Below are positions 39,101 to 46,699 of a stretch of 64,000 nt of DNA, piece by piece (position 1 is the first letter of the stretch; each line of letters starts with the position of its first letter). The position numbers were made by a program, and so were the translations under genes. This DNA is from a virus, in IMG/VR virus record IMGVR_UViG_3300023184_000070, positions 22,776 to 86,775 of that record; one strand, given 5' to 3'. The notes below the pieces were generated by a model. It made no database searches and was not told the origin of the DNA. It worked only from the letters and a program-made list of their open reading frames with translations.

Positions 39101-39465
39101 CTGCAGGTCCTGATTTAGCTATACCCAATAGATTTGAAGAATATCGCACAAACTATACTTTTAAGAAAACCAATCCAAGTTTTACAACCGGTTTTATGGT
39201 AGCAGATCTATTGGAAGTAACAAAAAATCAATTGAGTGTGTATATTGATATAACTAAGTTACAGCTAGACATTGATTATACCTTATCAATAGCTAACTCT
39301 CGCGCAGTAATAACATTTACAGCAGATGCAGTGGCCCGCATTGCAAATGGTATTAGAGTAGTTGCCAAGTACCGTGAATATGCCCAATGGCAAGATTATA
39401 ATACCACTTTAGGTGATTCAACCACCCCTATAGCAGTATTTTTGAAGAGTAAACCCTATTATTAA
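27166..39465 (+). CDS. Giant baseplate/virion structural protein (4099 aa; gp7-like position)
   Basis: Uninterrupted ORF after gp6; FG-GAP-like repeats, two 'W....Y..G..V.Y....Y.A' carbohydrate-binding-like motifs and 'G.GY..AP.I.I' repeats. Confidence 0.8.
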   Translation: MAASRTLNFLPEIFQTDTNKKFLSATLDQLISEPSFTRLNGYIGRNFAPGYKSTDTYISEIDSSRQNYQLEPSIVIKNAAGEIEQYSGYSDLINKIQYYGGETTNHDRLFSSESYTYDGLFDFDKFINYSQYYWVPNGLDPVPVTSAIVNSQQTFTITKNTNTNLFDIDSNLSNPRLVVVRGGLYKFKVNQPGSKFWIQTEPSETGTRIGQPKISSRDVLGVSNNGADVGVVEFRVPLIDVQDNFLAMPLLSSVDYATTTPMNQIVGQRFQDVVNTLGGIDGITLSPGNKTIIFITDGMPTVWKIRMTTAGGSSDIIALDVFQALPENHKVYVRSGNTYAGKEFFNKSVINKLTQIPALTAQLNRLYYQDATNPAAYGIIDIVNDAVDSIDVHDEIIGNSKFTSPNGVQFTNGLMVTFDSTVTPSNYANKTYVVEGVGKSISLVAFANLVCPEPGVLTSQVPFDKVPYGSGAFDEVYRGPVTPDYILCNRASLDLSPWARQNRWFHIDVIEATARYNQTVPTFDQASRAQRPIIEFDASIQLINSGRIGKPPVDIIDTTLTDVFGISNKRTVDFINVGLTYTLNFTPDAGDKITVTAGNILVPESEYSIVGNVLTLHSAQMGFDIRVESTRQSSVQNSRSLAVNDIEFKQGQRVLFAADHDPLVRTQAYTVQYSIQNDSTRYSYYDGKGSGQITIEPFDISFVSVSNPAIDDSDPELPNRYVWEVIGSSDILTATEIRGLDYPAGAAIGVVDSVVSTGNRHYLIYFTTSYELTGYQIFDIQLIGSSGSNYVFGGNTKFTTDLKVGGAMYTMDGVYIGTIAHINTDTKLRLEEKSNAILLAQEYQYRDPRIQLIVSKDSEDTYDEFDSIVALSGPWQGISLWYTGTEWVRSQQKTKVNQPPKFDVFDLNDRSFLSSTYTSSKFAGTEIFSYSVGTGNNDSVLGFPLSYRNFNSLADILFNNDFDNDQFTHVRNGKIVSKNVNTGYLRQNTSRLDYTKRNVWSTRDELDKQYQSISATYTGDSTYFEIDVLPAPAINVPNLKVFLNNVLLNSTDYQLVTVGAKKAIHVTKQMSIGDIVNILIYSLEPSTIGFYQVPQNLDYNSKNLPLTTLTLGQLRNHVTVVGQNSIGVSGAVPGNSNLRDIDLKNHGGNILQSAAPTIYASLFLISKQANFINGVDYARREYSKFKNKFLETALTLSGLDYNNPSTAVDVILQTINQAKNPSFPWNSSDMVPYGTYTATRYTVVDPLNRQYKINSIFDITQLQTRAILVYSGSHQLVYGKDYYFPLDRPAIIINDAVDLIAGSIIEIREYNTEGNYIPETPTKLGLYPKFLPAIFNDNTYSNPIQVIQGHDGSLTPIFGDYRDLFLLELETRIYNNIKTNYGKSGFDLRDYIPGRFRETEYTLEEFDAIKARSFMKWAGANRVNFNTNTYYKSGDPFTYNYKSSTDVLFNKSLPGWWRGIYNYFYDTNRPHTHPWEMLGFTETPSWWVETYGPVPYTAENQSLWKDLSLGIIRKGARAGTYAKYARAELLSIIPVDLHGNLLPPLGLIAKQFNGSRTAESFSIGDQSPAESAWMRSSDYPFALQQIVAVMKPAMYFAMLFDTTVYQKNNYFNQYQILSTGQRLNPTDITIHREIVNGSPVNAAGYINYISDYLIGQGINGPATIRSLLSNLNVQLCYKTAGFTDKNYLTVLAEQYSPGSINESIIIPDQNYQIYLNKSVPIDRVTYSAVIIEKTDTGYSVTGYDNNSPFFVIIPSDTNGESYNISVQNIGATIYKNYQFVKLSIPYGHEFTSRQQVVDFLVSYQRYLNSQGFIFDEYNQDLAMTQDWVLSAHEFLTWTLQGWNSGSMMIVSPCNNKLNLISSYSVVDEITNEYLGSRILDPNFSVIKNDNLFIVREAENFVIQTTTNQTIAYAELDLVQHEHILVFDNVTIFNDVIYSPELGSRQYRLKLVGEKTANWDGSLYAPGFIYNSSKIALWKASTDYHKGDIVDYKNTYYTAIQDTAATDTFILKDWKIINKEDVKTGLLPNFATNAAKFNDLYDVDSSTTSEQLQEFGAGLIGFRKRDYLTDLNLSVTSQIKFYQGFIKDKGTKNAINALKNSLFNNLKNDVTYYEEWGFRVGEYGAQNSNHTVELQLDESWKYTGDLGLAIIDNDAEPINGIISIRDQNLYARPLQRVPVNFLNRTPNSSIEDDIQSAGYAIIDDVDATIFDSSTFNTTITDLSVITSGFTIWVAKGNNRDWDIYRVNETNNIITDIEYALDLRGRVKTKNPHNFKVGDIVLIKQFNDLFNGFQEIVEVDTLTSFVTATTIAQNLLLKNSPISGAGILFVLSSIRFNSPKEIANATPLHTWKDGDLTWVDADEHGNWVVYEKSSPWQYATLLDMQTREHMAYSHYGTSVKISPDGKFIAVGSPGDYSGVGALHVFKNDATKKEIAVLPLAKSNITALGSTVDASDQHIIVGAPDTNLDTGKVVVYSVIDPAYVRPVQIIDNPTGLPASKFGSSISVSQNGQYLYIGSPGVDRVFCYKLVDHTFNTTAFKAVIGKSYTLPYTVGAAESLAVYYKNELLTLGTDYTVSNNSVVVNSSVFNINEFDIFTEQEDGFIVITRRAYYQYLSVILGAEAGVLFGHSVKTESTGKILVIGAPNSRVNGKLYAGAAYVYKNTNNSISLVEKIKPDVSTYRANFGTSVEVSNNDCNIYVGAPGYSYDEYSGGAVFRFVNTGLLHGIVVSTPISGNLLSGNIVVNGNLINFPGGVISNLASAINQANIKGIIATSSQNILTIKSALTTPFNKLEVLPNGNSLDYYGISVYKLTEKIVKPFKATGDKFGSKVRTSANAETLLISSINGSIELYANLDNAKTTFDGKITRFIDYFMGTGAVYTYDFMPSSIKDLDPNGRFSMAQEFGTANLRAGDLFGDSVDFNLNSLVIGATLHDNTLPAKQDAGQVYCYENATGKIGWNKIKHQLPAVDVNGINRIFLYDAKTKSMLTSLDYIDPAKGKVLGIAAQDLDFKSSYDPASYNSGTAVDQTRSNEYHWNAAQVGVTWWNLNTLRYIDYEQGDINYRLKNWGKLFPGSDVAVYEWVASNLLPSEYSTVEQGTPLYADNSAYVTTYGLDINGVITSTYYYWVKGRSDVPRNGKRLLSATGIENVIANPKLQNIPYAEILSDRSIGLVNCEKYISGTNTILQVDYDSVLNTNVMHNEFELVQQGNGNSILPTRISDKLVDSLSGVDRLGMVVPDPKLRYSQQIGLGLRPRQTLVRNRNTALKNIVEYANLVFSGTTASTKIQSTHTYTLANWFAKDPEPPESEYDVRAENITELGYVNQFDEVGDILVGLRVLVADDQDYYGLWTLRELTAAGEYAVVKNQQFNTTKLWGFDTWYSSEFTSGTTINYIVEQYSDIEKINIVAGDIVKVLNGPKKGFEIYKFSSATDSALIALEFGTLKINDLIWNTDINGVGFDNAVFDGSSFDNDYSQEIRNILIGLQKNILIEDLADDYNKLMFVAVDYILSEQKNIDWAFKTSFIDVLHQIRDLDQFPLYVKDNTSYYKQYLEEVKPYRTKIRNYRVGYTGMDVASAYTSDFDLPGYYDSDLKRFRSPSTEYFAKDSKLFLLPEYQDWYNNYLNSIASVTVTNRGQGYTEAPVITIIDSAGSGTGVVAYATIGEIAGTIDSITIVNPGKNFRGEPKVLISGVGTGATAVARLSNNKVRSIKTTLKFDRVDYSTDITEWLPNTSYASGRRVSYGGQGYMATDAVPAGQLFNFALFEKIADTDYKSAVDRIASRYQPTKHQVPREFDPATGVINLSRIVPVADYRVNDNTEIYNDTSLASPMNYDDATGTNLTDINLSGGTFVEEKIARAPEELIPGTTLDTLVMTVITDISANIGAPGNVAYRMFKSIDENTEYYSVTGSNVSLLTSTLNRTDTTANVASVSLVFGGVTTGSVFINGEKIIYRDVDFENNRLLHLSRGVGGTPIPATHSVDSRVESAGPDLAIPNRFEEYRTNYTFKKTNPSFTTGFMVADLLEVTKNQLSVYIDITKLQLDIDYTLSIANSRAVITFTADAVARIANGIRVVAKYREYAQWQDYNTTLGDSTTPIAVFLKSKPYY

Positions 39466-39482
39466 TCATGATAAATAATAAC

Positions 39483-40136
39483 ATGAACCCAATATCACAC
39501 CCTACCCAAGAAGTGCCTGCTAAGTTGCCAGATGAAAACTCTGGGGTATCAGTGCAAGGACATATCAAAATTTTTGATCCCAAGTCCGGAGAAGTATTTG
39601 TTAATAAGCGAAACGCTATTCATTATGAGAATATTAGTGAAGCGATGGCTTACAGTTTAGCCAACAAAGCAAATTCTTTTATAGCTGAAATGCATTTTGG
39701 TAACGGTGGAACTACAATTGACCCAACTGGTGTTATTAACTATTTGCCCCCAAACGTTAAAACTCAAAATAGTGATCTGTACAACCCTACATATTTTAAA
39801 ATTGTTGATAACAATAACATACACAATCAAGCACCAATGCACAACAAAATGACAATTGTGCATGTTCCTGGCACAGTGTATACTGATATTTTAGTTACTT
39901 GCCTGTTAGACTACGGTGAGCCCGAAACTGGTCAGCTGCCGTTTGATAATGCCCAAAATACCAATTACGATTATGTATTTGACGAATTAGGACTTAAAGG
40001 TTATAACGAAGCCGGTGCCGGCCTAGGCAAGTTACTGACGCACGTAATTTTTCACCCAGTACAAAAAAGTTTAAATCGCCAGATACAAATAGATTATACT
40101 GTTCGCGTACAGACAATCACTAATTTAACAAGTTAA
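39483..40136 (+). CDS. Baseplate/tail-fibre attachment protein (hypothetical)
   Basis: 'GHIKIFDP', 'FGNGG', 'FDELGL...[13 protein letters not shown]'; start placed at 39483 because a TAAATA box lies at 39472-39477. Confidence 0.65.
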   Translation: MNPISHPTQEVPAKLPDENSGVSVQGHIKIFDPKSGEVFVNKRNAIHYENISEAMAYSLANKANSFIAEMHFGNGGTTIDPTGVINYLPPNVKTQNSDLYNPTYFKIVDNNNIHNQAPMHNKMTIVHVPGTVYTDILVTCLLDYGEPETGQLPFDNAQNTNYDYVFDELGLKGYNEAGAGLGKLLTHVIFHPVQKSLNRQIQIDYTVRVQTITNLTS

Positions 40137-40140
40137 TTAT

Positions 40141-41157
40141 ATGCCATACGTAGTACGAAAAACTAACGGAACAAATCTACTTACTATCCAAGATGGGGCA
40201 TTGGATTTTTCTACTGGATTGTACCTAATAGGTCGCAGTTATGCCGGGTACGGGGAAATTTTAGCTGATAACTTTGTACGATTGGCTGAAAATTTTGCTA
40301 ATATTGCGCCCCCGCAAAACCCGTTAGAAGGACAAGTTTGGTACGACAGTACAGCTAAAAAACTTAAAGTTTGGTCTCTTGATGCTAACAACTTTGGTGA
40401 TTGGCAAGCAGTAGCACAAGCAGGAAGTATAGGCCCACGTGGCGCTACGGGATTTACTGGACCCACAGGCCCCACAGGCCCCACAGGAGTCGGTGCAACT
40501 GGGGCAACTGGGGCAACTGGCGAAACAGGCCCAACTGGTAGAACTGGGCCCACCGGCACTCAAGGCCCAATTGGATTAACAGGTGCTACTGGTTCTACCG
40601 GACCCACTGGATTTACTGGTGCAACAGGACCCACAGGCCCCACTGGAATTGGTGCTACTGGTTCAACTGGACCTACAGGACCCACAGGACCATCCGGAAT
40701 TGGTGCTACTGGTCCTAAGGGAGATACAGGATCCACTGGGCCAACTGGACCACAAGGGCCCAACAGCGCATTTGATCCCGGAACACAAACAATTACTGGG
40801 ACAGATACTAATCAGCCCATTATATTAAACCCAAATGGCACTGGTGGGGTACAAATAGTAGGAACATCAAATGCTGCATTATATCCGTCGTTGAACGGCG
40901 GTCTTACCCTTGGTACCAGTGGTAAACGATGGAAAAGTTTGTATGTTAACACAGTTTTTTTCAATGACGGAACCAATACCACTAGTGGCGGCGCTATATT
41001 AGGGGTTCCTACTCCTGCTACTAGTTTTGGGGCAGCCGGGAACAAACGCGGAATGATATCGTTTGACTATACATATTTGTATTACTGTTCTGATGATTAC
41101 ACTGACGGATCGATAAGGATTTGGAGGCGAGTAGCATGGAGCACTGCAAACTGGTAA
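40141..41157 (+). CDS. Collagen-like tail fibre protein
   Basis: N-terminal anchor domain shared with the next gene; long G-X-T repeat tract. Confidence 0.85.
   Translation: MPYVVRKTNGTNLLTIQDGALDFSTGLYLIGRSYAGYGEILADNFVRLAENFANIAPPQNPLEGQVWYDSTAKKLKVWSLDANNFGDWQAVAQAGSIGPRGATGFTGPTGPTGPTGVGATGATGATGETGPTGRTGPTGTQGPIGLTGATGSTGPTGFTGATGPTGPTGIGATGSTGPTGPTGPSGIGATGPKGDTGSTGPTGPQGPNSAFDPGTQTITGTDTNQPIILNPNGTGGVQIVGTSNAALYPSLNGGLTLGTSGKRWKSLYVNTVFFNDGTNTTSGGAILGVPTPATSFGAAGNKRGMISFDYTYLYYCSDDYTDGSIRIWRRVAWSTANW
40432..40765 (+). repeat. Collagen Gly-X-Y repeats (mostly GPT/GAT)
   Basis: About 35 triplets with a few interruptions. Confidence 0.9.
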
Positions 41158-41184
41158 ATAACATTAATTGCGGAGTATTTTAGA

Positions 41185-42420
41185 ATGGCATACAACATTA
41201 CATTATCAAACGGTGACTCTCTGGTAACCATAGCAGATGGCACCGCTGATGTAAACTACACTAGTTTAACGCTAGTTGGTAAAAATTACGCTGGCTACGG
41301 CCAGTTCATGAACGAGAATTTAGTAACTTTACTAGAAAATTTTTCTAATTCGGCGCCCCCAGTCAATCCACTAATTGGACAACTTTGGTTTGATTCAGAA
41401 AACCGCCAAATGAAAGTTTATACAGCCACTGGAACATGGAAAACAATCAGTGCTGCAACCGCAGCTAGATCAGCCCCCCCTGGGCCAGCAATTGGCGATC
41501 AGTGGTTTGACACGTTTAATAAACAATTGTTTATATGGTCAGGCGCACCACATAATTGGAGATTGATTGGCCCGCAATACACGCTACAACAAGGCATCAC
41601 CGGCGCAATACCTGACACATTAACTGACATTTCTGGTATTTCACATGTGGTTATTAAGTTTTATGTAAACGACGTGGTTGCTGGAATTTGGAGCAAGGAT
41701 TCTGAATACCAGCCAAATGAAGAAACTGCGGTTGCTGGATTCGGCAACATATTACCTGGACTAACACTTAGCGATCTAGCGCCAGTTACACAATTATTTA
41801 ATGGTACTGCTCAGGATGCATTGGGCTTACGCGATATCAATGGTGATTATCACCCAGAATCTAGTTATGTTCGCAACGATACTACAGATTTGCAAACCAT
41901 CATGGGACCAATTGAATTTGGTAGTGACTTGACTGTGACAGAAAATAATTTATATGATATCGGATCAAGTGGCTACAAGTTTGCTAGCGTGTATGCAACT
42001 ACATTCCATGGCACATCTACTAGCGCATTGTACGCTGACGTTGCAGAACGCTTTGCAGCTGACGACTATTACGCACCCGGTACAGTGGTTGCTTTAGGCG
42101 GCGCAAACGAAATTACTCGAGTAGCAGAAGAACTAAGTGACGATGTGTTTGGAGTTATTAGTACAGCACCTGCATACTTAATGAACGCTGGAGCAGGATC
42201 AAATACCACTCACCCACCAGTTGCAGTAAGCGGTCGTGTGCCAGTACAAGTTATTGGACGTATTAAAAAAGGCGATAGATTAGTTAGCGCAGGTAACGGT
42301 CTAGCCAGAGCAGCATCAAAAGCAGAAATTACTCCATGGAATGTAATTGGTAGAGCGTTAACCAGCAAAACAAATTCTGAAATTGGTACAATTGAAGCAA
42401 TTGTTAAATTGAGTTCATAA
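41185..42420 (+). CDS. Tail fibre protein with C-terminal autocleaving chaperone-like (peptidase G2/IMC-type) domain
   Basis: 'ADVAERF...PGTVV..GG..EIT...GVIST.PAYLMN...GRVPV...KGDRLVS' C-terminus. Confidence 0.75.
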   Translation: MAYNITLSNGDSLVTIADGTADVNYTSLTLVGKNYAGYGQFMNENLVTLLENFSNSAPPVNPLIGQLWFDSENRQMKVYTATGTWKTISAATAARSAPPGPAIGDQWFDTFNKQLFIWSGAPHNWRLIGPQYTLQQGITGAIPDTLTDISGISHVVIKFYVNDVVAGIWSKDSEYQPNEETAVAGFGNILPGLTLSDLAPVTQLFNGTAQDALGLRDINGDYHPESSYVRNDTTDLQTIMGPIEFGSDLTVTENNLYDIGSSGYKFASVYATTFHGTSTSALYADVAERFAADDYYAPGTVVALGGANEITRVAEELSDDVFGVISTAPAYLMNAGAGSNTTHPPVAVSGRVPVQVIGRIKKGDRLVSAGNGLARAASKAEITPWNVIGRALTSKTNSEIGTIEAIVKLSS

Positions 42421-42429
42421 GGATCACGT

Positions 42430-43446
42430 ATGACCTATGTAACTGGCGGATTAGTACAAGCCAATGATTATAATACAGCAAGCACAACCCTTGGTAATGT
42501 TTGGGGTATCGGCTCTGGCGCTTATGGGTATGGACAAGATACCACATATATAGCCCCGGTTGTTGCTGGTGATTTAATAAGAAATGCTGAGTGGAATAAT
42601 CTAGACGCTATCTTAGAATTAGCGACCCAACATCAAAACATTACAACATATAATCCTGCAAGTATTGATTCTGGATTTACATCAGTGATTGCTGGGACCA
42701 CAATCAAACCATATGGTCATTATGTTCCTTATATACAACAAGCAACTCGAAATACTGGAAATACATATGCAGTAACTGACAGTGTTGCCAGTACTACTAG
42801 TTATACTGGCATATGGGGGCATGATGCTGCAAGAACACTAAGTGTCACACAAACACTAACATTTGCCAGTGCCGATGCTGCTAGATATTATTTCAATGCA
42901 GGCGGAAAAATCAAATTGAATTTCACACACACTGGTGGTAATACTTCTAGGGATGTACTGTGGCGTAATCTATGCAATTCTGCAGGTACTATAGAAATTG
43001 GATATAGAAATACCAAAAGACTAGGTGGTGACCCACTAGCCACAAACTTTACCATTAGAAATCAAGGCAATGGTGGGTATTGGACAATTACTCCGGGAAC
43101 ACCAATTGAGCACTATAGACAATACCCAGCAGCTGGATATAGTGAATATTATGGTGGCGGCGGCTATAACTACAACTACCACTACAACTACAACTACATT
43201 GATACCCTAGACTATATACAAGTTTTGCTGACAACGTCTGGTAGCACTGGTTCTCATGGCGGGCTTGGTACTAATTTAATAATAACTACAAATTTTGTAA
43301 ATGGAACCATGATTACGCCCGCCGGAAACGATCACGTTTCAGGTACTACCGTTACTTCGTTAGTCAAGTCCAGCCCGGGTAGAACTTATCTCCCGATTAA
43401 TACATGGGGAACTGCTAGTTTTAATGGAGTGGCATCGCTTATTTGA
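42430..43446 (+). CDS. Virion structural protein (fibre-associated)
   Basis: Thr/Gly-rich; 'F.S...ARYYFNAGG.I' motif; in the fibre operon. Confidence 0.65.
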   Translation: MTYVTGGLVQANDYNTASTTLGNVWGIGSGAYGYGQDTTYIAPVVAGDLIRNAEWNNLDAILELATQHQNITTYNPASIDSGFTSVIAGTTIKPYGHYVPYIQQATRNTGNTYAVTDSVASTTSYTGIWGHDAARTLSVTQTLTFASADAARYYFNAGGKIKLNFTHTGGNTSRDVLWRNLCNSAGTIEIGYRNTKRLGGDPLATNFTIRNQGNGGYWTITPGTPIEHYRQYPAAGYSEYYGGGGYNYNYHYNYNYIDTLDYIQVLLTTSGSTGSHGGLGTNLIITTNFVNGTMITPAGNDHVSGTTVTSLVKSSPGRTYLPINTWGTASFNGVASLI

Positions 43447-43477
43447 TTAAATACTAAACACTTGTTTAGGATCAATC

Positions 43478-43798
43478 ATGGAAGCCAAAAATCTCAAAAA
43501 TCTTGCCGATGCACAATTTGCAAGAACCGTATTTTTAAATAATCTCAAAGAAACGTACGAATCAAAACTCATAGTAGAACATCGCGGCGGCACGTTCTTA
43601 GCCAAACCCGAATTAATTGCTTTTTTGAACAGTTGGGGAGAAGAAGAAGTGCATGTTGAAGATATGTACAACAATCCAATATTGGCAAATAGGATCAGTT
43701 TATTGGAACAAATTAAAGTGGCCTATAGAACAGCATCAGCACATTGGGCATCAGAAATTCAACGAGTAAACTCAATCCAAAGAACAACAGATGTCTAA
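43478..43798 (+). CDS. Hypothetical protein (possible fibre assembly factor)
   Basis: 106-aa ORF after TAAATA at 43448-43453. Confidence 0.6.
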   Translation: MEAKNLKNLADAQFARTVFLNNLKETYESKLIVEHRGGTFLAKPELIAFLNSWGEEEVHVEDMYNNPILANRISLLEQIKVAYRTASAHWASEIQRVNSIQRTTDV

Positions 43799-44627
43799 GG
43801 GTGTATTAATTTTTGCCTATAACAACGCTTTCGATTACGTAGAAATGGCCACAGCAGCCGCTAAACTAGTAAAAAAATTTTTAAACATTCCAGTTACTTT
43901 AGTTACAAATTCAATTGAAGTAACAGATCCTGTATTTGATACTATCATTGTACAGGATCTTGGAGAAAGTCAATTTGAGCGTGTGTTTAATTTTGGTAGT
44001 GCCAAAGAAAAAGTTGTATGGCATAATCAAAATAGGTCAAGTGCATATGATCTAAGTCCCTACGATCAAACATTACTAATTGATGCTGATTATTTAATGT
44101 TCGATGACCACTTAAAATATTTGTTTAATACCAATTTAGAAATTGCCTGCTATAATCGAGTAGTTGATATAAGTGGAAGTAACCAATTGCAGAAAGGTGC
44201 TAGGGTGGGATTTCCTGGTATTCCCATGCAGTGGGCAACAGTAGTTTACTTTACAAAAAGCAAATTGGCTGAATCAGTATTTGCTTTCATGAAAACAATA
44301 CGACGTAATTATTTGTATTATTCAACTGCATATAATTTTGATCCGCAACTGTTTAGAAACGATTATGCATTAAGTATTGCATTGCAAACCTTAACCGGTT
44401 ATAATATTAAAAAATTTACAGCGATTCCGGGGCCGCTCATGACTGCCAATACTACTGTTGCATTAGCTGAAGTTCGGAGATCTGGTGAACTAATATTTAA
44501 ATGGCAAACCAAACATGATTCAAAATATTTGATGATGCGGTTACGCGATACTAATATTCATATTATGAATAAACGTACAATCACAGATCCGGCAATAATT
44601 GAACAAATAACCGACTTTGCAGCATGA
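43791..44627 (+). CDS. Putative GT-A fold glycosyltransferase
   Basis: 'Y..MA...A', 'SPYDQTLLIDADY' DxD motif, 'RND.ALSIA'. Confidence 0.75.
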   Translation: MSKGVLIFAYNNAFDYVEMATAAAKLVKKFLNIPVTLVTNSIEVTDPVFDTIIVQDLGESQFERVFNFGSAKEKVVWHNQNRSSAYDLSPYDQTLLIDADYLMFDDHLKYLFNTNLEIACYNRVVDISGSNQLQKGARVGFPGIPMQWATVVYFTKSKLAESVFAFMKTIRRNYLYYSTAYNFDPQLFRNDYALSIALQTLTGYNIKKFTAIPGPLMTANTTVALAEVRRSGELIFKWQTKHDSKYLMMRLRDTNIHIMNKRTITDPAIIEQITDFAA

Positions 44628-45466
44628 CACGCGGATATTTAACTTTTGTACAAAATTCCGGATCAGTGGACTATCTGACCATGGCCTATGTCCAGGCGTT
44701 AAGTATCAAAGCAACTCAAAAAATAAACAGTTATTCAATTGTAATTGACTGTGCCACTGAGCAGTTAGTAACTGATCAGCATCGTCGAGTGTTTGATTAT
44801 ATTATTCCCGTGCCCGGTGAAGATGATTCAGCAAATGATAAATGGAAATTAAAAAACGAATGGAAAGCATTACAAGCCAGCCCATATATAGAAACAATTA
44901 AAGTTGAAGCAGACATGTTGTTTACATCATCAGTGGATCATTGGTGGGATATACTAGCACTACAAGATGTTTGTTTTACTACTAACGTGGTTGATTACAC
45001 TGGGGAAATTTCCAGCAGCAGAGTATATCGGCAAGTGTTTGATTCTAATCATTTATTAAATGTCTATAGTGGATTTTATTATTTTAAAAAATCACCACTG
45101 GCTGAAGAATTGTTTAATTATGCTAGATTAATTTATACAAATTGGACGTTGTTTAGGGATCAAATATTAAAGTCATGTACTGAAAAAGAACCCAATACCG
45201 ATTTAGTATTTGCTATTGCAGCAAAACTATGTGGCAACACCAAATTACATAATCCAAAAACACAAATACCAAGATTTGTGCATATGAAAGGTGCGATCAA
45301 TGGGTGGGGAATTAATCAAGATTGGCAAACTATGGTATACCATCAATTTGACAAAACTACCTTAACTGTGGGGTTCACTCGACAAACCTTACCATTCCAT
45401 TATCACCAGAAAAATTTCATATCCAATGATATAATTAATCATTATGAACAACTACTTCGAAACTAA
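44624..45466 (+). CDS. Putative GT-A fold glycosyltransferase (paralogue, EAD variant)
   Basis: 'SPY.ETIKVEADM', 'YSGF.YF.K', 'TD..FAIA', 'FVHMK'. Confidence 0.7.
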   Translation: MTRGYLTFVQNSGSVDYLTMAYVQALSIKATQKINSYSIVIDCATEQLVTDQHRRVFDYIIPVPGEDDSANDKWKLKNEWKALQASPYIETIKVEADMLFTSSVDHWWDILALQDVCFTTNVVDYTGEISSSRVYRQVFDSNHLLNVYSGFYYFKKSPLAEELFNYARLIYTNWTLFRDQILKSCTEKEPNTDLVFAIAAKLCGNTKLHNPKTQIPRFVHMKGAINGWGINQDWQTMVYHQFDKTTLTVGFTRQTLPFHYHQKNFISNDIINHYEQLLRN

Positions 45467-45803
45467 TATACGAGCCAGCGTTAAGCACGTACCCGACGCG
45501 TCGGTGTACCGAGTGCATTACGATTTGGATACACAAATATGTACACATAAAACTAATTCGGAGTCTGATATCTCTGATAACTACATTGTAGTCGATAAAG
45601 AATTTTATAATTCCATAGATTTTTGTGGCAATTATCGAGTAGTAGATAAAAAATTAGAAAAACTTGTAATTGAATTTCAAGTACAAAATAAAAAATTGAT
45701 TCAAACTAATACTGGCGTATTCAAAACAACAAAAAATAACATGATTTTTGTAATCGACGATCATCCATATTTAAACGAAAGTGATAGCTGGGGTTACTCA
45801 TGA
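45444..45803 (+). CDS. Hypothetical protein
   Basis: 119-aa ORF overlapping both neighbours. Confidence 0.6.
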   Translation: MNNYFETNIRASVKHVPDASVYRVHYDLDTQICTHKTNSESDISDNYIVVDKEFYNSIDFCGNYRVVDKKLEKLVIEFQVQNKKLIQTNTGVFKTTKNNMIFVIDDHPYLNESDSWGYS

Positions 45804-46699
45804 TAATAGATATAAAAGATTTAGATTGCATTTTTCTTACTTACAACGAACCTAAAAGAGAAGAATTTTGGAGTCAAATAAAATCCATGATACCATGGGC
45901 CGCTAGGGTTGATGGGGTTAAGGGAAGTGATGCTGCACACAAAGCAGCAGCCGCTGCTAGCGGTACTGAACGATTTATTTTAATTGATGGCGACAATATA
46001 CCAGACGCAGCATTTTTCCAACAGAGTTTAATTCTAAACGAAAAAAATGCAGATTGTGTATTTCGTTGGCGTGCTAAAAATAGTATTAATGGGTTAGTTT
46101 ATGGTAATGGCGGAATAAGCTGCTGGACTAAAACTCATATTAATAATATGCGTACTCACGAAAACAGTGACGGTAGCAACGAAACTCTAGTAGAATTTTG
46201 TTTTGATTCAAAATATATTCCTTTGTGGAATTGTTATTCAACTACATATCCAGATCAAAATCCTTTTCAAGCATGGCGGGCAGGATTCCGTGAAGGAGTA
46301 AAAATGTGCCTTGACCGGGGTCGAAGAGTTACCGTGCCAGAATTTGCAAACATGCGCAACTATCAAAATTTAGAATACTTAAATATATGGCACACTGTGG
46401 GAAATGACGTTGCGCACGGGTCATGGGCTACATATGGTGCAAGATACGGTACATATAAAGTCATGTTAGATCAAAATTGGGACTATACTCAGGTACAAGA
46501 TTTTGCTGCACTTGAAGAAATCTTTAAGACTGATATTTCTTCACAATTTGAAAAACGTCGTGCTCACTACCATTATATAACTGGCGAAATTAAAAACAAA
46601 TTAAAAATTCCTGTTGTAGAAATGGGCGCAGAGCAAAGCGCATTCTTTAAAAAATTCTATAGTAAAATTCATAGAAATAAGGACATAATGGCATCGTGA
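45800..46699 (+). CDS. Putative glycosyltransferase-like protein
   Basis: 'RVDGVKG..AAH..AA', 'IDGD', 'NGLVYGNGG', 'AWRAGFRE'. Confidence 0.7.
   Translation: MIIDIKDLDCIFLTYNEPKREEFWSQIKSMIPWAARVDGVKGSDAAHKAAAAASGTERFILIDGDNIPDAAFFQQSLILNEKNADCVFRWRAKNSINGLVYGNGGISCWTKTHINNMRTHENSDGSNETLVEFCFDSKYIPLWNCYSTTYPDQNPFQAWRAGFREGVKMCLDRGRRVTVPEFANMRNYQNLEYLNIWHTVGNDVAHGSWATYGARYGTYKVMLDQNWDYTQVQDFAALEEIFKTDISSQFEKRRAHYHYITGEIKNKLKIPVVEMGAEQSAFFKKFYSKIHRNKDIMAS

Noticed and set aside
40239-40828. Alternative-frame and antisense ORFs over the collagen tract and other structural genes
   Set aside because: By-products of repetitive or biased codon usage.
43160-43200. AAC-rich tract as a DGR template or variable repeat
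   Set aside because: No second copy differing at adenines and no reverse transcriptase in the window.
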